Assembly (NCBI RefSeq): GCF_052425735.1
Contig: NC_135765.1
Location: 7,068,001 to 7,132,000 of the forward strand
DNA: 64,000 bases
Origin: Oculina patagonica
Lineage: Eukaryota
Reading direction: 5' to 3'
This document shows positions 45,555-56,885 of this stretch, piece after piece. The notes beneath the pieces are model-generated. The model made no database searches. It saw only the letters and a list, made by a program, of their open reading frames with translations, and was not told where the DNA came from. Every line of letters starts with the position of its first letter. Within the stretch, counting starts at the first letter, position 1. Made by a program: the position numbers and the translations under genes.

Positions 45555-46790
45555 ATGAGTGGAGATTTAAATGCAAGTTGTAAGAATGGGACTCCAGATA
45601 TTAACTTGTCTCAGACAGCCATTGGAATTCAATCTACAGCTATCCTTCTACTTTCGGTGTCGTCTTTGATATGCAATGCTCTGGTAGGATTTGTTCTCTT
45701 GAAAAAGCCCGAGTTGCTATCACATTCTTCGACCAAGCTTCTTCTAAACTTGAGTGCGTCGAGCTTCATTCTTTCACTGACTGTTTTGCCGTTCGTCTTC
45801 GCTTCGAGTTTGAAGCAGAGTTGGATATTTGGCGACAAATGGTGTCAAGCTAATGGATTTCTGACGGTGCTTCTCTCCGCAACATCTTTAGGAATGGTGA
45901 TGTTTTTGAGTATCGATCGATATCATTGCATAGTGAATCCTCTAAACTACGCTAACAGAATGTCTCCAACTCGCACAAACTTCTTTATCTCGTGTACTTG
46001 GTTGGGAAGCCTGTTCTTAGCTTTGCTTCCACTCGTCGGCTGGGGAAAATACGGATATCAACCCGCAAAGGTTTCGTGTACTGTTATTTGGAGCGACTCG
46101 TTGAGCGAGGGATATACGAAACTTTATTCCCTCGTAACACTTTTTGGGCCTTTATTGGTCATGGTAGGTGCGTATTACTATATTTTAAAAGCGGCGCGTC
46201 GGCAAGCAAGAGTGGGACAAATAGCCGTATTGCCCGCGTCCATTGTTAGACCCCGAACTAACCGTAACTCTATAGCGTCAAACACAAGCGTGTTTACCGG
46301 CTCAAAAGCTTTACGCACGACATTTCTGGTGCTAGGAACAGTGATATTTTGCTGGGGACCCTACGTGATTGCGATTCTTTTAGAATCGGAGCAAATTTGT
46401 GTAGGATATGAACTACAGACGACTTTTGTTATGGTATCTTATTCAAGCGCACTTTTGTATCCTGTAATCTACGGATTTCACATAAGAGCGATCAGGCGAA
46501 ATATCAAGAGACTCGTTGCTTCGCTCTTCCTGTGCGGGAATCACAACATCGTTCGTCCTGCGAGTGACACGGGTTTTGTCGTTTCACCTCAAGCATGGTC
46601 CAGAAATAGATCGGCCTCTGAGGGGTCTGTGAATTCATTTGAAATGGCCTGGTCACCTCGCCGAGAAAGCGAGAGCATTTGGAGTCTACCAGCAATAAAA
46701 GAAGAGAGGGAAAACGTACCAAACACAACTAAATCGACCGATTTAGTGACAGACTTGGAAGTTTGCAACCTTCCAGGCACCTGCGTTTAG
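45555..46790 (+). CDS. GPR161-like class A GPCR, single coding exon, 411 aa
   Basis: 7TM with IDRY, LPFVFASSLKQSWIFGDKWC, LLPLVGW, CWGPY and YPVIYG. These resemble my recollection of GPR161 ([36 protein letters not shown]). N-terminal N-glycosylation sequons are present. Orthology is not proven. Confidence 0.88.
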   Translation: MSGDLNASCKNGTPDINLSQTAIGIQSTAILLLSVSSLICNALVGFVLLKKPELLSHSSTKLLLNLSASSFILSLTVLPFVFASSLKQSWIFGDKWCQANGFLTVLLSATSLGMVMFLSIDRYHCIVNPLNYANRMSPTRTNFFISCTWLGSLFLALLPLVGWGKYGYQPAKVSCTVIWSDSLSEGYTKLYSLVTLFGPLLVMVGAYYYILKAARRQARVGQIAVLPASIVRPRTNRNSIASNTSVFTGSKALRTTFLVLGTVIFCWGPYVIAILLESEQICVGYELQTTFVMVSYSSALLYPVIYGFHIRAIRRNIKRLVASLFLCGNHNIVRPASDTGFVVSPQAWSRNRSASEGSVNSFEMAWSPRRESESIWSLPAIKEERENVPNTTKSTDLVTDLEVCNLPGTCV

Positions 46791-47765
46791 AAACTATTAA
46801 AACATGAATTGTACATCAGATTACTGCCAACATGCCGCCGTGTCAGACCGCGGTTCTTTCTCGTGTCAAAATTCCATACGCTGAAAAATCACTCTCTAGA
46901 ATCTTCCTCTAGCTCGCTCGAGTAGCTCAGCTAATTTTCACTTTTTCTTGGTGGCAAATTATCCAGAAAGGTATCTAAATAAAGATGAAAAACTAAAAGT
47001 CGAATTTATGGTATTTATTACCTTCTATATATTTAACAGCTGCATACCGGAAGTTGTTTGGGTGGCCTGTTCCCGCCAATTTGGCGTCCGCGGAATGTTT
47101 TGATTGGAAACGTTTCCTATGACGTCAGGATCTGGAGTTTGTCAGATAGACCACCCAATCGGATGTAAAACGGATAGGAAAGGGGGCGCGCGCGCTACTT
47201 TTCTGGGGATAAATTACCGGTTCAACTTGTTTGCATTAACCTGAGAACAGCGGGAGCCTAGTTCGAATGTTCTCAAAGTTGGCGCATAATAATTTATTCT
47301 GTATTTTTCCTTTCCGTCAAGAAAAATCACATTTCAAACTGGATTTCAATAGAAATTTCTTTCCTCAGGATAAAAATAAAAAAAATCTTTCCTACTTTAT
47401 TTTTCTTCCGTCCACAACTTAGTACTTGCTGTCTGAATGCTGATTTTCCTAAATCGAGGCGATTTTTGCGAGTTATCGCAAGAGAAAATAAATATTTTCT
47501 CTTGGTTATCGCAATTGCTTCCTGGGTTTTCTTCAAACTTTTCGCTGGAACATTTTTAAAAGCTATTGATTTTTCACTTCTCGGGCCGGGGCGCTCCGAA
47601 CTGGAGTGTGCTCGGCTATAAACTTTCTTTGGAGTGCAAAACCCAGGGAGCGACAAATCGTACGAAACAACTGACCCAGGAGAGCGTGAAAGTACCTAGG
47701 CTTGGTGACCATGTATGAAACACGTGTACTTTAAAAATACCGGCTACTGTATAAGGTATGTCATT

Positions 47766-48173
47766 GTAGTAAATAATAAAGATGGTAAATTTCAAGCTCG
47801 GTGATAAATAGTGAAGATTCTGCAGACACGAGCGTGGGACAAAGAAAAAAATCGAGTCCCCGACGGGAATCGAACCCATGGCCCCCAGATACCGGTTGGG
47901 CGTTCTACCAACTGAGCTGTGAGACTCGCGAGCTAGGCCATTTACTAGGTTGATAAGTGACACGCGTCCTGCATACTGCTAGGATCAGCAATGTCGAAAT
48001 CATCAAATTGTAGTAAATAATAAAGATGGTGTCACTTATCAACCAGTAAATGGCCTAGCCACAGCGAGCCACGAGCTCAGTTGGAGGCGCCCACCGGCGG
48101 AGGCCCCAGGGCGCCCGCGGGACTCAGATTTTTTTTGTCCCACGCTCGTGTCATGTAGAATAATTTCTTCACT
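47766..48173. mobile_element. Retroposed tRNA-containing repeat in a direct + inverted arrangement, with 12-bp TSD
   Basis: AGGTATGTCATT at 47754-47765 and 48174-48185. A ~244-bp unit (TGTAGTAAATAATAAAGATGGT repeated) is followed by an inverted partial copy. Confidence 0.75.
47854..47927 (-). pseudogene. tRNA-like sequence (Thr-GGT-like) within the repeat
   Basis: Acceptor stem GAGTCTC/GGGACTC, A-box AGCTCAGTTGG, anticodon arm CCCAA-CCGGTAT-CTGGG (one mismatch), T-loop GGTTCGATTCC. It is embedded in a repeat, so it is probably not a functional tRNA. Confidence 0.6.
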
Positions 48174-49260
48174 AGGTATGTCATTTTCCCCACTTTTAGC
48201 TAGTAAACAAAACTAAAGGAGCTGCATTACAACTTATAGCAACTGTTTTCTTATAAGTTGACCAGAAGTATTTTAGTTTGTTTGAATATTTTTTGCGCCA
48301 TTTGAACAGATCTTTTTTTTTTTCAATTTTTCATGCAAAATCCTCTAGCGCGTTGAACGGTATCCCAAGAGGTCGTTCTTTAATCAGAGATTATTTGGGT
48401 TGTGTCGTGACAATCTCTTAGCTTTTGACCTTGAAAGGGATTAGAAAATTAAATCTGCTTGAAGTGATAATGACTACTGTGTAGTGTACTGTGTAGCGAC
48501 CTAACTGACTTGCTGGGATTAAATAACAGAGAGCCACACATACCAATGAAGAAACAATAGCCTGGACAAACTTAGAATAATCCTGTTCTTTCAGTATGCC
48601 ATGCTCATAGCTATAAAAAAAAAAAAACGAAAAAAAAACCCGGAAACCTTACAATCCATCAAACGCGAAAGAACTCCTATGCAACCTCGTTTCCAGGGTC
48701 TCTATCCCCGCCCCCGATAACGAGACCCTGGGAACGAGCTCGAGATTGACTTCTATGCAGATATAGCTGGAATTTTTTCCCCAACAGCGTGCGCTGTTAT
48801 TGGCTACTTCGATCTGGAAGACACATAAGTTCTAGTCTTAACATCAAACTGTTTCCCGCCTTAATTAAGTCTCTGAGCAGGCAACATTGGCAGATGACAG
48901 GCATTGTCCCCTCAAGTGTTACCGATTTTGACCGACAACGGCCGCCGTTTTTCTGAAGTCTTCGTCGTGCTATGTAACAAATGACTGATCACTTAGTGGC
49001 TGTAAAATGTTTTTAGCTGACAGTTAGTTGTATAATAAAACAATTTATCTTTTAAAATTTGCGGACGGATAAGTGTTAGCTATTGTAATATTCCGCGCAA
49101 TTTCGCACGTGGTTACTCTTAATTTAAAGTAAAGTCAGTTAAGTAAGGGCCTGATTACATGGCGAAATTCAGCCAGGGCTGATATTTCAATCCGGTTTTC
49201 CGGGCTGAGATTTCAGCTCGGCTTCCGGAACAAATCTTCTCAAAAAGACATTTGCGATTA

Positions 49261-51273
49261 CACTCTTTTTTTTTATAAGAATACAGTTTTCCGACCCAGG
49301 CTGAGTATTCTTATTTTTCTGCCGATTTTAGGCTGAAAATATTCTTATGAACATTCTTAGAAAATACCGTTTGACATGTCCGTTTTAGCAAGTATTGGGT
49401 AATAAATGAATGATTTGCCACTAATCGGATCCTGTGTTTTGCGTGGAGGATTCTGGGATCGCTAGGGGGCAAACATTGCAAGTCGCTAGAAGAAAATGTA
49501 TGGCGAAAAGTTGTTTTGACGCTCAAAAAATACGATTTTGGAGAGAGATCAACGCTTTTTCGCGAGTATTTTATCAGGAATGGATTTGGGTATTGTTGAT
49601 ACTCGAAAGTGTAAGTTTTTGTTTGAATAACCGTGAAATATGTGATCAAGTTTACCGATAAACCTCCTTGCTTTCGTAAGGTTTATTTTGAAATTAACAT
49701 CTCAAAATGGTCTCGAAATATTACAAATTAGGTATATATCGGGAGTAAATTACTTAATAAAGCCATTTGGGTTGTATTTACGTGTGTACAGGATTATTTC
49801 TATGCTAAGTTATACAAATAATTTTAGTAATATGCCCGGCCGCTAGCGATGACTGTGCTGTTAGCGGTATGTGATAACTATCGAAGGTACCCAGAGAGGC
49901 AAAAGATTCTTCCTCGCGATGGAATATTAAGACTCCACCCGCCCAAGAATAAGAAAGATGATTTTTCATGAGCATGGCCGGCTCTAAAACAAGGTTATAT
50001 CTTTCTCGAAGTAAAGCTAAGCAGCCTCTGGCTAAACAAAAATAAACATGTCATCCGCGATACGAAGCAACACATTCACGCAACACTGTACTAATCAACA
50101 TCTTCACGGAAAATTTAAGATCTTGTCCTTCCAGAACGAATTTAAAGCACATCTTGCAAATATAAATGAGCCAAGATAAATCACAACAGTTCCAATAGCC
50201 AATACATAAAGTTCATATAACAATAAATACAGTGCAGAGGTGTAAAAATGTACTACCGGGAAACTACGCAGACCTTCGACCTCTACACATTTGCTGGCGG
50301 CATTGATAGGGCTCTACTCAACTTAAAACACTTCTTAATAATACAGCTGACAGGATATAGTTCCCGTTATAAACTAGTAATAAACAAAATAGATTTAACA
50401 AACGACCAAATCCAAAAGCGAATGGGAAATTTATGAAAGTCACGATCGTAGGAGACTGTGAATGTCTGTCACCTTTAATATTACGAAGCCATAATAATTA
50501 TTTGTTTATAAAAGACGTGACTAATAAATTTACAGCTTGTGCAAACGTTAAATATTATTCAACTACTGAAAGGACTTTATTGAGCTATTTCCAATTTTAT
50601 AACATTTCGAGACCCCAGTTTATACGCGATGTCTATTTCACAATACATGTAAACCTTCATAAAAGCGGTAGATTTTATCGCATATCTTACGGTTATTCAA
50701 ACAAAACCTAACACTTTCAACGTACCAACATTGCCCAAATCCATTTCTGATAAAATACTGGTGAAAAAGCCTTGATCTCCCTCCAAAATCGTATTTTTGA
50801 GCGTCAAAACAACTTTTCGCCATACATTTTCTTCTAGCGACTTGCAATGTTTGCCCCCTAGCGATCCCAGAATCCTCCACGCAAAACACAGGATCCGATT
50901 AGTGGCAAATCATTCATTATAAGTGTTTGGTGTCCAATTCTGTATCGTGTTACATTGTGCAAGTGTTGCATCACTCCTAGCCTTGCAGCCAGCAAGATCA
51001 AGATGTCGCGTCAGATAACACTTGGCCGTTTGGCTTTTTAAACACAAAGCATTCCTCACAGGGCTACAATGATGCAATGAAGGAAATGAAAACACCTGAT
51101 TTTGTTTCAATTAAAAACATAATTAATTGCATTGTATTTACAAATTTTCAACTCAAAATTATAGTCTTTTCAAAAACATCAGCCTCGGGTTTATTCTTAA
51201 GATATTCTTAAAAATTCACAAATTTCAGCCTCGATATTCTTATAAACAAGATTCTTATAGAAAAAAAAAAGTG
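49261..51273. mobile_element. TA-TSD element nested in the Harbinger MITE
   Basis: TA|CACTCTTTTTTTTTATAAGAAT ... ATTCTTATAGAAAAAAAAAAGTG|TA. Confidence 0.85.
49405..50918. mobile_element. Long-TIR element (~250-bp arms) nested in 49261-51273
   Basis: ATA|AATGAATGATTTGCCACTAATCGGATCCTGTG ... CACAGGATCCGATTAGTGGCAAATCATTCATT|ATA; the first >100 bp of the arms are near-identical. Confidence 0.88.
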
Positions 51274-51290
51274 TACATGAAGATAGTTTC

Positions 51291-52714
51291 ACCAGTTGGA
51301 ATTGGTTACCGGTTACCGGTTACCGATTTCACATTTTCAGTTACCGGTTACCGATTTCTCATTTGGCATCTAAACTACCTTTCTTCGGTCTAATTTTTAA
51401 CAAAATCCGTATGTGAGGTATTGGCAGGCTTTTGCTTAATACAGACACAGCAAACAAAGTGCTAGAACAAAAACAAAATGCATATGTTGCAGCAGTTGTT
51501 AAAAATAGCTTTTCTTGTCACGTTTTGTTCGTTGTGCAAGGTTTGCGAAGTTTGAAGCGTTATAACTTAAATAAAATTAAGTTAAAGAGTCGGTTCTTTG
51601 CAGGCGTGATCTTACACTCGTTGGTGTACTCATCGCAATATTTCACTCGCCGATCGCACAACATGCTCAGGGTATATCAGGTTACAAAGTATGGCGGACG
51701 CATCTTTTTACCTAACGATGTGCCATTTTCAAAACGTTATAACTTTCTATACCGGCAATGAAATTTAACAGAAATATACAAACAGGCACAAAACTAAGTG
51801 TACTATACATCGCAAAATCCAAAATATCCATCGCAACGGCAATTTGAACGAAATGACACCGGTACTACGGGCCCTAAGAAACCCACTTCCGGTCTACGTA
51901 CGTCCGGTAATCAACTTTTAGGCTTAATAACCTTCCACTCATTAAGAATATCACTGTAAAATAAACGGTACGGTTAGCATATAAGGTCTTTTATTCATCG
52001 CAATCCACCAACAGACCATCGCCACAAATGTCATTTATATATCAGGCAACAAAATATGGCCGGCTTTACATTTTACTGACCACATGTCATTTTCAAAAAG
52101 TGAGTGAGTGAACCGGAAGTGGGGTTTTCCGGTCCTAATTATCGGTGTTATTTTGTTAAAATTGTGGTTGCGATAAATCTTTTGGAAGTTGCCATGTATA
52201 GTACACCTATTTGTGTGTCTGCTTGTTTATTTCTATTCAATTTCATTGCCGGTATAGGAAGTTATAACGTTCTAAAGATGGCACCTCGTTCGGTAAAAAG
52301 AGGCGTCCCCCGTATTTTGTAAGCTGATATACATTGAGCATGTGTTGCGATCGGCGAGTGAAATATTGCGATGAATACAGTACCGAGTGAAATATTACTC
52401 CTGCAAAGAACCGCATTTTCTACCTAATTTACTCGAAGATATAACGCTTCAAACTTAGCAAACGTCGCACGCCGAACAAAACGTGACAAAAAAGCTATTT
52501 TTAACAAAAGATGCAACATAAGCATTTTTTTTTTCGTTCTAGCGCTTTCTTTGCTGTATCTATGTTAGGCAAAAGCCTGTCAATACCTCACATACGGATT
52601 TTTTTAGAAATTAGACCGAGTAAGGGAAGTTAAGATGCAAAATGAAAAATCGGTAACCGGTAACTGAAAATGTGAAATCGGTAACCGGTAACCGGTAACC
52701 AGATTCCAACTGGT
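51291..52714. mobile_element. Foldback-like element with ~600-bp diverged arms and 8-bp TSD
   Basis: ATAGTTTC at 51283-51290 and 52715-52722. Termini ACCAGTTGGAAT / ATTCCAACTGGT with (GGTTACC)n subterminal repeats. Confidence 0.9.
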
Positions 52715-53159
52715 ATAGTTTCATCCCGGGCCGAATTACAGCCCGGGCTGAAATTTCCAGCCCGGGTTTTGAAACCGGGCTGGAAAACTCAACCCGGGCA
52801 ATCGGGCTTTAAAACCTCATGTAATCACGTTTTCACTTTCAGCCCAGGCTGAAAGTGAGCTTACGGATGCGCAGTGGTGGTTTTCAACGAAAGAAAATGG
52901 CGGCACGATAATTCTTCAGTTTTAAAAGTGTCAAACCCGGGCTGAAATTCGCCATGTGATCAGACGCTGAGCCGATATTTATTTATACACGATTCTTAAA
53001 TATCCCCCAAGTGTTTTCCCACAGTTTTCAAAAACAGGTGGTTTAGTTTCGCGCGTTATTTGCACTTCAAGGGCTTCGCGGTGATAAAAACATTGATATT
53101 ATTGAAATCAGTGAACCATCAATAATAAGTATTTACATATATCTCGACATTCACTGAAC

Positions 53160-55908
53160 ATGAGCACTTTGGTTCATAGACCCAGTGTCAATCTTGATTT
53201 TGCAGCACATTTAGCGAAGAAGTTTTACAACTTTCAAAGAATAAGTGAGATTAAGGAGTTAAGCAGCTACAGCGATAGGAATTTCTACGTTCGAGGGCGA
53301 AGAAGCAAGACTTGCACAATTCAAGAAACTGAGGAAAGTGAATACGTCCTCAAAATTTTAAACTCTGCTGACAGTGAGCATGGAGATTTTGTTGATGCTG
53401 AAAACGAAGCAATGACGTTTTTGAGGGGAAAAGGTTTTCCCTGCCCTTTATTGTTCTCGGTGGAGGGACGCTCAGAAATGAAACTGCTCGTTCAAGTTCC
53501 GTTGTGTATTGATTCCTCGGGCGAAGCTCGCTCAACTCACGAAGACGCAAACAGAAACCTCCCAAAAACAGATGAGTGGTGTGTTGTTCGTTTAATATCC
53601 TTCCTTCCAGGCGTAACAGCCGAGAGTTTTGGGAATTTCAGCTGTGAAAATCTATTCAACATTGGTCAGTTTGTTGGCAGGTTGAGTCGAACCTTTCAGG
53701 TACGGTAATTAACCAGCTGTATTTGCATAATCGCGAAGTGTTGCAATATGTATAACGGATTGCTCACGATTGCTATGCCTGATAAACTCAGTTTAATACT
53801 GTCACTTACTCAGGTTTACCGGGCCGGAAGAAATTCCGGGAGAATGGGCACTCTGCAGCTACAAACTGCCATGTTGGAGGGCAAGCTGTGCGCTGGGACA
53901 TTCAAACAAAGAAAAGTCAAGCATGACTGGTTGAAGTCGCTTTTTTTGGGTGTCCCAGAGCGTTCCCTGCCCTTCAGCAAGGTGTTATTTTGTACCATGT
54001 GATCGTTGGCTGCAAAGGACTCATTAAGAGAAAACTTGCGTTTACTTGCGTCTCCGTTTGGCCTGGACTTGCGTACACTTGCGTTGACTTGCGATGACTT
54101 GCGTTCACTTTGGTCGAGATCAAATTTGCACGCAAGTGAACGTAAGTTTATCACCGTTTGACCACCCAACGCAAGTCAACGCAAGTTTTGCTACTTACTT
54201 TAAAGTACTGAATTGTAGCGCTCGCAGTAGTATTTAAATGGCTTTTTTGACAACTTGCGTGCACTTGCGAGGAACCTTGCGAGTCCGTTTGGCCAGCCAA
54301 CGCAAGTCTGTACGCAAGTTCAACTTGCCGACTACTTGTGTCCACTTGCGTTGCCGTTTGACCAGGGATTTAAGCTGACACACCGAGGCCCCATCCACGC
54401 TAATCCATTTTCGTGTGAAAACGGAGTCTTCGTATCAAAAAGCGTATCGAACGTTTTCCGTCAGTACTTAGCCAGCGATGCAGTGATTTTCGTGACGTCA
54501 ACGTCGACGTCTTTAAAAAGCCTCACTTCTGCGGCGGTCAGATCACCCTCATAAACCTCGACTGCTCAGATTGTTAAAACTTACAGGATGAGGATATTTT
54601 TGTTTTAAAGGTTACATGACAGCCTTCTGGCGGCCATCTTGATATCGTGTGGCGTGAAACTCCGAAAGTGCTTTATCGGAAAGACGGCGGGTGCTATCGA
54701 GCTATGAACCTTCAACATTATATTTAAAAAGGCCGTCTGACAGCTAGTAAAGGATAAAAACTCAGAGTTCTCACGTGAAAATCACCTCGTTGTGATGAAT
54801 GCTGGTGCCCCGGGGGGGCTACTCAAAAGCGTTTTGTACGGGGAGGCTCCACCCCGAAGTCCAACCCCTTACCCTTTTATATACCATTTTGACAGAAAAG
54901 GCACCCCTTTTGTATACCTTTTACTAAAAAAAGGTACCCCTTTCATATACCGAAAAGACAGGACAAAAGCCTAAAACAGGAAGTCTTGATGCCATTTTTA
55001 TGTAGCGCTTAATAAATTTAAATGATAGTTCCATAAGGTGCGTCTGTTCGAAATATTTTAATTCAAGGCCTTTTCATATACCTAAATGAGCAATATCCCT
55101 ACCCTTTTATATACCTTAGCTTGTGAAATTCCTACCCTTTTATATACTTGAAGCATGAAAAAGGTACCCCTTTCGGGCGGAGCCTCCCCGTATAGGCCAA
55201 TATAGGCCAATATACTGGTGCGCAATACCTTTGCAACACGTAATTAAGCATACCTCTGGTTTATTTAGTTCTCTCCTTTTTCAGGTGTTCCGATGTCCTG
55301 TATTACGCCGGAAGTTGGATAGGTGGAGCATGGAAAACTTTCTTTCTCTTGAGTCCTACGTCACTTCCGTTGAAGGCGAAGAAAATAAACGTCTTGTCCG
55401 CGAGGTACTGGGCAGATATGCCACCCACGTGACTCCCAAACTTTCGCTACTTCGCCAAGGACCTATTCATAACGATGTCAATAAGGAGAATCTGCTTATT
55501 AGCACGAGGAACGGGGAGTTCAAAATTTCAGGACTGGTCGATTTTGGTGACATACGTCACTCGTGTTTGTTGTTCGAGATCGCGAATAATATCGCTGCTT
55601 TCATCGACGAAGACGACGTCTTAGAGGTCAGCGGTTATATCATAGCTGGTTACCAGTCTGTTTTTCCCATTCCCGGTCTGGAGTTCGAATTGTTGTACGA
55701 CGTTATCTCGGCTCGTTTGTGTCAAGTTTTCCTCATAACGTCAAGCCATGAAAAAGAATATCCGAACAATGAATACCTTAGGAAACTGTTAGTGGATTAT
55801 CTTGCCAAGTTAAAGGCCTGGATGTCGAATTCTAGGGATGAAACCATTGCATTTTGGCGGAAAGTTGATTTCAATATAAAATGTGACCACAACGAAAGCT
55901 TAACGTAA
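53160..55908 (+). CDS. HYKK: Hydroxylysine kinase-like protein (aminoglycoside phosphotransferase fold); exons 53160-53699 and 55285-55908, 387 aa
   Basis: ELSSYSDRNFYV, YVLKILN, VRLISFLPG, catalytic IHNDVNKEN (HxDxxxxN), LVDFGD, LFEIA, NEYL. One phase-0 GT-AG intron. Confidence 0.88.
54030..54372. mobile_element. ACTTGCG-rich Harbinger-type MITE in the HYKK intron
   Basis: Colinear with 9006-9285. Confidence 0.78.
54810..55199. mobile_element. Second copy of the 31241-31663 repeat family
   Basis: Colinear similarity over ~390 bp. Confidence 0.8.
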
Positions 55909-56309
55909 CGGGCGACCAGTGTTAAGTCCAAAAAACCTCAATACAGTCGCTTTTTTAAGCAAGAAAGGCTAACTGCATTCCACCCGAAACTAGCCTGAGA
56001 GCAGGTTATCGATCTAATTACTGATCCTGACGGCTAAAGCGGTAAAAAATAAACGGAGTGGATAAATAGAAAAAAATTGTTCCTCTTCCTTTCTCTTTCC
56101 GCTTTCTTTTTGTCCAATCTTCGGACGGGAGAGCCTGTTCACAGGCTAGGCCGAAACGAATTTTTCGCATGGCCTCCTAATCATTTGATTTCTTAATTAT
56201 TGGTTCTGTGCATGTGTAGCCTGCGGAGACGAACTAAACCCCTATACTGGGGTTTATATAGACGGCAAACTGATCCTGACGGCTAAACGGAGTGGATAAA
56301 TAGAAAAAA

Positions 56310-56885
56310 ATAGAATATATTAAAAAAAACTTTGCCCTATATTTCGGTTTGCAAAACAAACCTTCCTCACGGGCTGCACGGAAAATAAAAAATGAGAAAA
56401 GTAAAAGAATCGTTACAAATGAAAAAATTTTAAAACTATGATGGGTTCTACTAATTAACAAGTGTCAATGACGTGTTTCGTCACGTCTGTTTATGCCAAG
56501 AGGATGTAGAATTTTTGCTTTGTTAATAAAATGGGCTTCGCGAGCCTTCCTAACTGAGTCACGTTTACTACGTATGAGTTCAAGCGGGATGAGGAGAACG
56601 TCGTTGATGGAATAGCCGGGTTGGTTGAAATGAGTCGATACTAAGTTCATGGTGGTTGAGAATGGATCTGCCGTGTTGTCCGAAGCGTTCGTTGAGTTGG
56701 CGTTTGGTCTCTCCATGTATTGATGGTGGCATTTTTTGCAATCGATTAGATAGATAAGGTTTTTAGAGCGGCAAGACATAGTGTTAGTGATTTTGCGTGT
56801 CTCGTTGGTGTTGAAGAAAGTGTAGTTAGTTTGGCCTTCTTGAAGAAATGAACAAGTGAGACATCGTGCATGGGGTTTAGTTCGT
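56310..56885 (-). mobile_element. 5'-truncated Penelope-like retroelement fragment (GIY-YIG region + 3' pLTR)
   Basis: RCLTC...MSCRSKNLIYLIDCKKCHHQY [frameshift] GETKRQLNERFGQH...HF...RKAREAHFINKAKILHPLGIN, followed by a T-rich 3' region with a hammerhead-like motif. Confidence 0.85.
56334..56374 (-). ncRNA. Degenerate minimal type I hammerhead-ribozyme-like motif
   Basis: Minus strand reads GCCC GTGAGGA A GGTTTG TTTTG CAAACC GAAA TATA GGGC: helix I GCCC/GGGC, a CUGANGA-like core (C3 altered), a 6-bp helix II, GAAA and a palindromic TATA. Confidence 0.55.

Larger units (their letters stand above)
49147..52967. mobile_element. Harbinger-type MITE, outer host of a nested stack
   Basis: TAA|GGGCCTGATTACATGGCGAAATTCAGCC ... 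GGCTGAAATTCGCCATGTGATCAGACGC|TGA. Removing the inserts restores ...GCGATTACATGAAGATAGTTTCATCCCGGG... Confidence 0.85.

Noticed and set aside
49311-50889. Near-identical ORFs MFCVEDSGIARG... on opposite strands
   Set aside because: They are translations of the two TIR arms of a non-autonomous element.
53160-55908. Horizontally acquired bacterial aminoglycoside kinase
   Set aside because: It has a spliceosomal intron and motifs typical of the animal HYKK/AGPHD1 family.
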